A stretch of 64,000 nt of DNA from Convolutriloba macropyga (lineage: Eukaryota), in the NCBI RefSeq assembly GCF_964194025.1, contig NC_134470.1, forward strand, positions 3,844,001 through 3,908,000, given 5' to 3'. Under the pieces are notes generated by a model. That model did no database searches and was not told where the DNA came from. It saw only the letters and a program-made list of their open reading frames with translations. Shown here piece after piece: positions 12,876 through 23,491 of the stretch; position 1 is the stretch's first letter; every line of letters begins with the position of its first letter. The position numbers were made by a program, and so were the translations under genes.

Positions 12876-13561
12876 GTCTTGTTATACCTTTTTCCCGCAG
12901 ACGCTCTTTTGGGTGTCATAGGGGTTTTTGCTCCTGTAGGCCCATCTCTCTCGCAGACGCTCTCGTGGGTGTCATAGAGTTAGTTCATAATCAAGTTTGC
13001 AACGAAGTTTAAGCCTCCACAAATCCCAGCAAATACAATTGGCCAATTCTGACGATGGTGGAAAGATTGCTTCTGTTGGCGCCACTTCAGATCAGCTAGA
13101 AAAGCCATCAGACAGCAAGAAATAACATTTGAAATTGAAAAAACTTAGAATTTGTCAAAACTCAAAAATGGTCAAAACTGAAAAATTTTACAAGTTGGGA
13201 CCGAAAATTTGTCCACCCCCTCCGATTTCGGGAAGGCAAAACCCGAGCAACCCGAGGTTATGGCAGACGTTTAGGGTTACCTCTAAGCTACTCATGGACC
13301 TAACGAAAGTTAGCAACATTACTAACACTGGTTGAAGCCTTACAAACTTCAGCGCGAGATTGAACATAGACTATCACTAAGGATTTTCTTAACTTCAATC
13401 AACAAATTAAAAGTACAGTCCTTTTAATACGTCCGAGCGACTAATTATTTCTGCGAGATCGTTATTCAATCGAACCCAGTGAAGAACCAGGCCGGCGTAA
13501 AACTCGAGAACCAGGCTGTGATATATCGGTTCCGCTGAGATTCTTGAGCAGCCGCAACATT

Positions 13562-13578
13562 TGGTCCGCCGACCCGGA
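13562..13578 (+). promoter_or_regulatory. Primer-binding site TGGTCCGCCGACCCGGA (tRNA-Tyr-like)
   Basis: Begins 2 nt after the LTR-terminal CA. Its complement ends ...GGCGGA-CCA, matching the G72/A73 identity of eukaryotic tRNA-Tyr and resembling TGGTCCTTCGAGCCGGA. Confidence 0.75.
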
Positions 13579-15053
13579 CACCAACAACAGCAGTAACACG
13601 AACAGCAACGAATCTTCGATTCAACCTGGTGGACCAAAACACAACCAGCAACGATGGCCAGCAAAAGTCCCAACAGACACTGGAAGACAGCTGATTGGAA
13701 GGCGAGTGGTCAACTCAAGACGTTAGAGAAAGAGCAAGTTGATCTACTCAAGTCCTTCTCTAGATACCTCAACGAGCTAGAAGGCTTCCTGACACAAAAA
13801 CAAAACAATGACGGCCGAAGGTGCTTATCGATGTTTCTTCGAGACATACGAAAACTTGGAAGACAACCGACAACAGCAGAGGTTACTATTAAAACCAAAG
13901 TATTTTGAAAGCTTTGACAATGACACCAAGCGTATGTTAGAAGAAAAGAGGAAGGTCTTGCGATGGGTAGTTGACAAAGTACCAGATCTCCGAGGCATTG
14001 AAGATTGTCGCGCAATAGTCGTCGACTACCGGAAAGATACACTGAGAGGGTACAAATTGTTGGGAGATTATGTTCCAATCGCGAACGAATTGTTAGAACT
14101 CGAAGAGAAATTGAAAGCAGAAAATTTAAGCGAATCCGAAAAACAGATACTGTGTGATCAGGCGGAACGATTATTAGAAAAGCTAGATGAAATTTGTGCA
14201 GAAGCTCTTCGAATAGCGAAGACAGAAGCTTGTCACCATGGGTTTACGAATTTCAGTAATGCTAGGAGTCACTACCAAGACCTGATCAAACAGTAAATGC
14301 TCAGCAAGGATTGTGGAACCCAAACATCGTTAGTGTCAACTACATCGGCTGGTGACAAAGACCCAAACGACGAAACTGTAATTGATACAGGTAATGGAGC
14401 AATAGAAAACGCCGAGGAGAACAACGAGGTCTCTTCCAAGCATTCTGCTACACAACAGAAAACAAGCCAGTAGCAGAAGCAGAAAACAACCCAGTATCGC
14501 CAACTCACGATTATCAAAAAGGCGACAGATCGAAGAAAAGGAGCTCGAACACCTAAAAGCAAAGAAAGAAACAGAGCAACGACTGCGAGAGCGCCAGTTG
14601 GAGTTAGAGCAAGAGCGTGAAGAAATAGAACTTCGTCGCCAGCAAGAAGAGTTACGTTTGCAACAGCAACAACAACAACAGCGACGAGAACAAGAGTTAC
14701 AACAACAGCAACAAGAGCAAGAGCTACGTCTGAGGATGCAACAGCAAGAAGACAAACTGCGTTTTCGACAGCATGAGCGAGCCCTCGAAAACGAAAGAAA
14801 GAAAGCAGAGGAAGAAGAAGAACAAAGACGTATGAAACTTGAGCTGACCAAAGGAAGCTCAAGAGCATCCGGATCAGTGGCAGATGAGATAGAAAGTGTT
14901 GGCTCAAAACGAAATCAAGAAAGGACAGCAAGGTGGGCAGAAGCAGGGGCTGAACAGTCTGTCCCTCAACGGCCACTCTCTCCAAATGTTGTTATCGACC
15001 CTCCAACGAATGTCATCAAGGACAGAGCTGACAAACGTTTCAGCAACTACCCG

Positions 15054-15253
15054 NNNNNNNNNNNNNNNNNNNNNNNNNNNNNNNNNNNNNNNNNNNNNNN
15101 NNNNNNNNNNNNNNNNNNNNNNNNNNNNNNNNNNNNNNNNNNNNNNNNNNNNNNNNNNNNNNNNNNNNNNNNNNNNNNNNNNNNNNNNNNNNNNNNNNNN
15201 NNNNNNNNNNNNNNNNNNNNNNNNNNNNNNNNNNNNNNNNNNNNNNNNNNNNN
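15054..15253. other. Assembly gap (200 N)
   Basis: Run of N. Confidence 1.
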
Positions 15254-16419
15254 ATTAGTGAAACCGTATTGTATTTAGAACCACTGGAAACTGTTACCAA
15301 GAGCAGTTGGCTCTCAGATAGACTAAAATTTGATTCTTTAACAACTTTAGTCTTTTTTGCTAAGTTTTGCTAGATCGTAAGATCTTGCGAGTTCTAAGTT
15401 AGTTGAGCTTACTTAACGAGAAGTTAGCAACATTAATAACAGTGGTTGAAGCCTTACAAACTTCAGCGCGAGATTGAACATAGACTATCACTAAGGATTT
15501 TCTTAACTTCAATCAACAAAATTAAAGTTACAGTCCTTTTAATACGTCCGAGCGACTAATTATTTCTGCGAGATCGTTAGTCAATCGAACCCAGTGAAGA
15601 ACCAGGCCGGCGTAAAACTCGAGAACCAGGCTGTGATATATCGGTTCCGCTGAGATTCTTGAGCAGCCGCAACAGCTTCACCAAGGGTCTTGCGAGGAAT
15701 GAAATAACAGAGAATAACCATAAACTCAAATTCCTAATATCGGTCTGACTTTTTCGTTGCTGACTTTTTCACGATTCAGGAAGCAGCAGCTTCGTTCGAA
15801 GAAGCACTGCGTATCTTTGATAAACACTTCAAGAAGCATACTAGATTCTCTTACGCACGTCATCAATTGCTATCTAATGCCCAAAAAACAGGGGAATCTA
15901 TTTTGCATTTTGTCAATAGGTTGAAAACTTTAATTCAAAAGTGCGATTGTAGAGAGGTGAACATAACTGAACATCAGCAGCTTCTCCTGCGAGATGCACT
16001 GGTTTCCGGAATCAAATCAGGTAGTATACGGATGCGACTTTTGGAACTCAGTGATGAGAAAGCTAGTCTAGATAACTGCATATCATTAGGGAGTGCAATT
16101 GAGCTGTCGTCGGATTGCACTAAACATTACCGAAATAACGAAATATCTGCAGCTACACTCGCTGCTGCGCCTTCAGACGGCATCATTGCAGCTGTTAAAA
16201 CAAGTCTGCCCAAATCCCGCGAAAACAACCGCGATACAAAGGATATTAGAAAGTGTTCTTTATGTGGACTGCGAAATCATCCCCGGTGGAATTGACGAAA
16301 GGACGTCTGTCATAAACGCCAGAAGAAAGGGCATTGGGCTGCTGTTTGCCGAGGACAGTTATCGGCTACGGCAGCTTCAGAGTCGTCTATTGTTGCTTCC
16401 GTTCTACTAGCGGCTGATT

Positions 16420-18650
16420 TTCAGGATCAGTCTTTCTATGCCCTCCTGGAAATCCAAAATTATAAACTACTCGGTTTAGTGGACTCAGGGGCTAGCAAAT
16501 CCTTCATAACATAGGCCGTACTAGAGAAATATAAACTAGCAGTAACAAGTGACCGTTGCACGACAACTCTAGCCGACAAGTCACATCTGGCTGTACTAGG
16601 TACCTCGGCTCCCCATGAAGGGATAATCGAACCAAGTTCCTCGCCCTGGCGCGCACACTCTTTCGTTGTAAGGAACAAGAATAAGCCCCGAATGGTTATC
16701 GACTACTCAGAGACCATCAATCGATACACTGAATTGGATGGATATCCTTTTCCTGACATAGAGGAGCTTCTAGAAGGGGCAGCTCAAGATCGTTTTTTCT
16801 CCCGGGTACACTTGAAATCCACCTATCGTCAGATATCCCTGGCAGAAGCAGAACAAATCTTCACTGCTTCTTATGTTCTGTATCAATTCATAAGACTTGC
16901 CTTCGGTCTGGCAAATACTGCGTGTGTCTTTCAAAGCAAGATCGACGAACTCATAAGTAAGGAGAACTTAAAGAAAACTAGAGCATAACTGGACGATGTT
17001 ATCGTATCCGGGTCGTCAAAGGAAGAACATGATCGTAACTTGGATTCGTTTATAAGCATGGTTCGAAACTATGAACTTAACCTGAACGAAAATAAATGCG
17101 AGTTTGGAGTTACTTGAATAGCACTGCTTGGCCACATACTCGAGGATGGTACCAAGCCACCGGACCCCAGCCGACTCAAAACTTTGATGGAATATCCTTT
17201 TTCGCAAACCAAATCTCAGCTCCAAAAGCTCCTCGGTTTTTTTGCTTACGATGCGAAATGAGCCACCGGTTACTCCAATAAAGTTCGTCCGCTTCTGGAC
17301 TCATTCCCTTAATCCGTCTTCCCACTCGACAATGTCGCTATCAAAGCCATAAAGCTTCTAAAGGACGAGATCGGAAGGGCAATTCTAAGCATTCCTGAAA
17401 ATGGGCAACCACAGATAATGACGACGGATGCCTCAGGAACCGCCATGGGAGGTACACTATCGCAGAACAATCGACTTGTTGCCTTTTTGTCGAGATCATT
17501 GTCGCCCTTTGAAATGAAGCAGTCGGGTCGAACGTAAAGCCATGGCGATTATCAAATGTTGCGGGAAATGGGCACACTTTATCCGTTCGTTCCACCTCGT
17601 TATCTAGACAGTCGAAAAGGCATTGTCCTTCATTTTCTCTAGAGACAAAAGCAAGATCAAAAATGAGAAGCTAATCCAATGGCGTTTAGAGCTATCGGAG
17701 TTCGCCTATGATATAGAAATAAAAGACGCTCACAAAATGTCGCCGCTGATGCACTTTCACGTATCAAGAGCACTAAGAGCACTTTAAATTACTCTCACGG
17801 ATCCCGGACTAACTAGATTGTGGGAATATATCCAGCGCCATAAGCTCCCTTTCTCGTTTGACGATGCTAAGACTTTTATCAAAAGGTGCAATACATGTCT
17901 CAAACGTAAGCCCTGTTTTGTTTTCCTAATGGAACCAAACTTCCATGTACGCGTAAACGCTTCCCGGTAAGTTTTAACTGCCACTGATGAGTTTAGTCGT
18001 TTCCCGTTTGCCATACCACTGAAGGATATCACATCAATTAGCGTGATTGGAGGGCTGAAGTCTATTTTTTCCTTCTGTGGAACACCGGCGTTCTTTCATT
18101 CCGACAGGGGAAGTCAATTCTTGTCGTATGAGTTGAATGCTTTTTGTAATCAGGCAGGAATTGCACTTTCACGAACCACTTCAAACAATCCCAAAGGTAA
18201 CGGGCAACGCGAGAGGTATAACTGGTGTCTTGTGTAACCTCCACTCTCGTGCCCTGAGTGAGAATAGATGGGACGAAATGTTGCCCGATGTTTCAACTTC
18301 GATAAGAACCTTGATCGGTAGGGCAACCAACAGCACACCACATGACCAGGTCTTCGGTTTTCCTCGCCGAAGATCTTCGGTTCAACGTATTGCTAATTGG
18401 TTAGCTCCAAAAAACGGTATTTCCCTTGAAACGTTCGTACGTAACAATTCAGATCCCCTCATTAAACCTTCCAAAGTGGTTGAGGTAGTAAACGATCTGT
18501 TTGTTAGGATACAACGTCCCAGTGGATCAATAGATTCGGTTTCGTTATCAACATCATCGCGTGGCAGCATTGCTCCCAACTGGAACAGAAGTGATTCGAC
18601 GGAACAAACAACGATGGAATCAGATTTTTGGCCTTCGGAATTGAAATATT
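16420..18650 (+). pseudogene. Gypsy pol (protease, RT, RNase H, integrase) with many stops, frameshifts and deletions
   Basis: GLVDSGASKSFI (protease); IIEPSSSPWRAH, RMVIDYSETIN, LAFGLAN and A*LDDVIV (RT); MTTDASGTAMGG (RNase H); DEFSRFPFA, HSDRGSQF and NPKGNGQRER (integrase). Confidence 0.92.
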
Positions 18651-21600
18651 GAAATTTAATCGCTCCCATGGATGCCGGATTTGATCCGGAAGTCATTAAC
18701 CAAACAGAGCAAGCTGGGCCAAGTACTGAGTCTATTGCCAGGCAGCTAGTCACTCAATCAACCAACGTGCATAAAGACCAAGTGGAACAGTACTCCAGGG
18801 CTAGGTGTGCCCGAGAGACACCAGAACATTACGGAGATTATGTTTAAAAAGAAAAGGTTATAAAAGAAGGGTATGACGATCGTGATATTCTGTGGAAGTA
18901 TGACTAATAAACCTAAAAATGGGGGTGAATGTTATATAATTACTATGACTATTTTCTCTTTGTATCAAATTAATTAACTAACTGAACATTTCTGACTAAC
19001 ATTGGATAAAAGCTTCACCCGAAAGCCTGTCTTCAATACAACACTGTTCTAGTGCTAGAGTTATGTCGCTGATAATTAATTTAAACTTATCTAAAACACT
19101 GACACAGGAGGACCGATCAGATTAATTGTTTCGTTCCACTGATCAAAAATGATCATCACTACAAAATGTTCAGATAAAATTTTTCATTTCCATGCTACGA
19201 GAGAATAAACTATATTATAGGACTGCATGAAGTCAAAGCAGGTAAACAAAACCTAATCACCCAAATAAATGAACCCAAACAAATTCCCCATTCAATTCAC
19301 AAATCCATTTAGAGAGGAACAGGGTACAGATAAGAGAGAGGTAAAAACTGGTTACATGCATATTGCCAGGTATAAGGAATAAGAAAATTTTTTGTAGTTA
19401 TTGCTCTAAATGCGAGAAATTAAGCAAAATTAATATTGAAGCAGAAATAAAAAATCTCTTAAAAAATTATAAAAAGTACAAATAATACAAGAACGGTGTC
19501 ATTTGCACTGTAACCAAACATTCATACCTGGCATAAACTGCGAAAAACCTCCTCAAATGAACATCTGGAACCACCCGTAAAATTTCCATTTTTATCCACG
19601 TTTTTGAATTTTCTCCCCTTTTCTAAAAAACTAAACGTTGTCTAACACACTCCGATCACCAAAGTTCTTCAATCTAATAGACGCTTCTATTTTAGTTTGT
19701 CTATTAAATCTCCAACTGACCCAGAAACTAACAAAGCCCAGTGATCTAAATGCGATAACACTATCAAGTTTAGAGCTTACAAAATTTAAATTGAATCCCT
19801 GTTGATTTTATCGTTTTCATTTGTACAGCCATGAACTGTTGAATTTGTTGACTTGAGATTCAAATTTGATTTTTCATCGATTATTATGCCAAGGAAATGC
19901 ATTCGCGTTTTTAAACAACAGTTTCTTTACCAACTAAAATCTATTGGTTGGATGTTTTTCATAAGAACTTATTTCTGAAAGATTAAACCCACCTCCATCT
20001 TTTTTGTAGAGGTTTTCAATCAGAAATAGAATGTAATGCTTTTGATAGGTCCAATAGAGTTTAATATGTTTTGAAACACTTTATCTAAACCCCAACTGCT
20101 CATAACTCATCATGTTAGGCTTTAGAACGTAGTATGGTCTTTTATTTAGGCATTATGTTCTCAAAAATTATTAGCTAATAAGAAACTGAGTTAGTGAGTG
20201 ATATCGGCCTGTTTTTGAGATTTTTCAGGGGATCAATTTTTTGAAAGAGAAGCGTAACATTAGCAACTATCTATTTGCATCCAATTTTTTTTTTGTGAAA
20301 AATTATTGTCAAAAATTTCAGTTTTATATGTATTAATTGCGTATATGGTATCTTTAATTGCCAACAAAGAAACTGCATATGGTTCTAAAGACTTGTTTGG
20401 ATTCAACACTCAAATTAATGAGAGCTTGCACCCCACTTCATTGTTTTCAAAACCTGAGAAACCTCGATCAGTGGTGTTCATTAGAAGAAGAGGTGCTTTT
20501 TTCCAGTACAGTTGCCCAGATAGCATAGAGGAAAATTAGAAAATCGGCTAATTCTAATTCGCTGTAATCATTTCACCCGAAGAGTTCTTTACATTTTTAA
20601 TTTTGTAACAGAATTGGAAAGAGCCTCTCATGCTGTTGATAAAAGTCTATTTGTCTTATGAGTTTTCCAATTTCTGGAAAACGTGTTTAGCTTGGTTGTT
20701 TTACTTCTCATTTATTATTTGGAAGATTTTTGTTTTCCTTTCAAGTATTTAAAACAATTATAATCAGCACTGTTTTTTAAATGAAGATATTATTTTTTTT
20801 GGCGCTTTTTGAAAGCAACAAAACATTCAAAACTGAACCATTTGCTTTTCAAAATGCTTACTTTTTTCTTATTTATGATGAATTTTGTTTCCCTGATTGC
20901 AAGATTGTATTACAGTTTTTACGCTGATAAATAATTGAAGTTATTGTTAATACTGACACAGGAGGACTAATCAGATACATTATTTCGTTTCAGTAATCAA
21001 AACTGGTCAACACTACATCACTGATCAGATAAGTTTTTCATCTCCATGCTGCGAGAGAATAATTTTTTTATAAGAGCGCATTGAGTAAAAGCAGGAAAAC
21101 AAACATAGTCATCAAACATCAAAAAATGACCGCAAAAAGTTCTCCATTCCAATCTTAAATTCGCTAATGGAGGAACAGAGTACAGTTAAGAGAAAGATGA
21201 GAACTGGTTACGTGGACAATGCAAGTTGTTTGGTATCAAATACACCGATTTGTTAAAATTTCTACTCTTTTGCTCCAAATTTGAGAAAAAAAATCAGAAT
21301 TAATATTGAAACAGAAACAGAAAATTTTTAAATGAAAAAATATGAAAAAAACAAATCATACAAAGATGATGTCATTTGCACTGTAACCAAAACATTCACA
21401 CCTGGCATCAGCTGCAGAAAACCTCGTCCAATGAATATCCGGAGAACTCGTAGTAAAAAGTCCGTTTTTGTTGATGTTTTTCAATCTTTTCTTCTGATCA
21501 AAAATTCTAAACTTTGTCTAATACACTCCGATCACTAAAACTCTTCAATCTAATAGGCGCTTCTATTTTAGTTTGTCTATTAAGTCTCCAACTAACCCAG

Positions 21601-23074
21601 AAATTAACAAAGCCCAGTGATTTAAATGCGATAACACTATGGACTTGAGAGTTTGCGATGTTTTAGTTGGTTGTCGAATTTTTAGTGATTTTATGGTTTT
21701 AATTCATAAAGCCTACAGTATTTAAAAAAATAGGCACATGATGACTAATGGCGGCTTCGGTAAGTCTTTTGTAAAGGGTTAGAAAACCATTGAACTCAAT
21801 CAAAGTTTTATATAAATGACTAATAAGGTTTTAGAGATTCCTGTGCATCGTTTTAGAAGTACTGTTTAAAATTTTTTTATCTCCATAATTTTCTCCTGAA
21901 GCGTTTTCTTTTTTTTTTGCTAGAAACTGCAGGAAAATACTTGTTCAAAATTAATTACAATCTTTGTATTGTAATACAAAATTAGTTTGTTAAAATGAAT
22001 TTATTAGTTCTGAGATATTTCGTGCTTTTCCAATTCTAATAATAAGTCGGATCGAAACACCTCTTTTTACAAGTCCTTTGCCATCTTGAGAGTCACTTTT
22101 ACAAGAGGTTTTCACTGCAAAAATATGCAGTTTAGGTTTTGCATCCAAACTGAATTTCGATAACACAAATTCGAAAAAAATTAACTTATTTGGAATTGAA
22201 GTTTTATTGTCAGTTCTCTGCACTTGAATTCGTGGCCCGGTCCTCAGTTACCTCATATCAAGCGCTGCAATTTCCATTATCCGTTATTTTTCCTTTGTCG
22301 GTTCACTGAACTTTTTATTAACTGAAACTTTCTAGTTTACAATGAATATGCAGCGGTTTTTCCTCTTTTGCTTTGTAATAACAGATAATATCGCATCTTC
22401 AATCTTTGAAAAAGAATGCATATTTGCTACTGACTCTCAAGCAAGAGTTCTATTGTGCCAAAGCATCAATATTCATTGGTTAACCGGTACAGAAACTCCG
22501 CAATCGGAAGTTCATATTACCAGAGGTAAATACAATACGATTGCATACCTTTGATTGAAACGACTTCTATACAAAGGTGCATTTCCTTACCCAGAGAGCA
22601 GCAGGAGTTTTAAAAGGAACTAAATAATCATTTTTGGTCTTGACTATTCCTCCATGTTCTGCTACTAAAAAATGAAACAAAACCATAACGACAAAGGGGA
22701 ACGAACACACCAAAATAAAGGAAGTTATCGTTGATGCTAAATAGGAGTCTCAGAAACTAAATATTTCATAAGTCACGTAGACGTGATTGGTCAAGTGCAT
22801 CTAACATAGGAGTACTTCCCAGGCATCAGTTCATTTCTTTGTCAAAAAGATATATACAAAAAATAATCGAAAGCTTTGTTTGCTGCAAAAACTCCGAGAA
22901 AAAGACTTCTATAGTTGAAAGAGCTGTAACTTTGATTTTTTTCAGATTGATAAGACAAATAGTATTTATAATAAGTTCCCATTTCCAGATCTCGCCTGCA
23001 GATTTCACCGCATTGGTTTTCTAAGCCTGATTAGTTTTTGCTATATATTTTTTACATTGTTCACAGAATTCTTC

Positions 23075-23077
<3 letters not shown>

Positions 23078-23121
<44 letters not shown>
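23078..23121. repeat. (GA)n microsatellite, the LINE 3' tail
   Basis: About 22 GA units abutting the LINE 3' stem-loop. Confidence 0.9.
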
Positions 23122-23124
<3 letters not shown>

Positions 23125-23491
23125 ATTCCTCTGAGTATAAATGAACATCAAAATTATAATTTTACATAACATCAGAAAGCTTCAAGTTATCATTGGGCTA
23201 CACAGAAAATTGCAAAACACTCAGAGAGGGCAATTAACGGACCCAACAGGATCACTGGACATTGCCCTGTCAAGAGATGTAAAAATTAAAAAAAAAATAA
23301 AAATAAAACCAAAAAAATTGCAGAGAACCACAAGTTAAAGGCCAAAATTCTCGACAAAGTTAAAGGAATTTTCAACTTCTGACCAAATTTTTAACCCCTT
23401 TAGTAAACCCCGGTCACAGCACGGTAAAGCGTTATGTGATGGTTTTTTTCCATTATTAAAAAAATTGAAAAATGTGAACATGGGAAATTGA

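Larger units (their letters stand above)
13074..15674 (+). mobile_element. BEL/Pao-like LTR retrotransposon nested in Gypsy gag; pol not visible (assembly gap)
   Basis: Termini TGTT...AACA with TSD GCTTC at 13069-13073 and 15675-15679. 5' LTR 13074-13559; its last ~260 bp recur nearly identically at ~15415-15674. A PBS follows the 5' LTR. Disrupted gag-like ORFs 13654-15053 have a Gln/Glu coiled coil. The BEL assignment rests on the PBS type and gag style only. Confidence 0.8.
13011..16410 (+). pseudogene. Gypsy gag, split by the BEL/Pao insertion
   Basis: Removing 13074-15679 gives the continuous frame KPPQIPANTIGQF*RWWKDCFTKGLARNEITENNHKLKFLIS. Downstream are QKTGESILHFVNRLKTLIQKCDC, LLRDALVSGI and two degenerate zinc knuckles (CSLCGLRNH; CHKRQKKGHWAAVCR). 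Confidence 0.85.
12171..19043 (+). mobile_element. Degenerate Ty3/Gypsy LTR retrotransposon (Mag-like) with short ~114-bp LTRs
   Basis: LTRs 12171-~12282 and 18930-19043 (TGTT...AACA; 18 mismatches in 112 ungapped nt). TSD CTGTT at 12166-12170 and 19044-19048. Purine-rich tract AAAAATGGGGGTGAA before the 3' LTR. Domain order gag-PR-RT-RH-IN. Confidence 0.92.
10980..21720 (-). repeat. Old degenerate tandem of a ~1.87-kb internally deleted LINE ORF2 unit (about 2 copies plus a partial), interrupted by the Gypsy element
   Basis: The anchor TAAATGCGATAACAC (minus-strand VLSHLD) occurs at ~11011, ~19744 and ~21620. Spacing is 1855 bp after removing the LTR element, then 1876 bp. 19098-19800 aligns with 20952-21700, and 11100-12130 with 19830-20860. 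Confidence 0.75.

Noticed and set aside
13040-13082. Minimal hammerhead-like motif CTGACGA...GAAA with a GCCAAT/GTTGGC stem
   Set aside because: The putative stem spans the junction between Gypsy gag and the BEL LTR, and the cleavage triplet would be non-canonical. Coincidental.
14272-14985. Minus-strand 237-aa hydrophobic and 171-aa Cys-rich ORFs
   Set aside because: Antisense shadows of the CAA/CAG-rich gag-like coiled coil.
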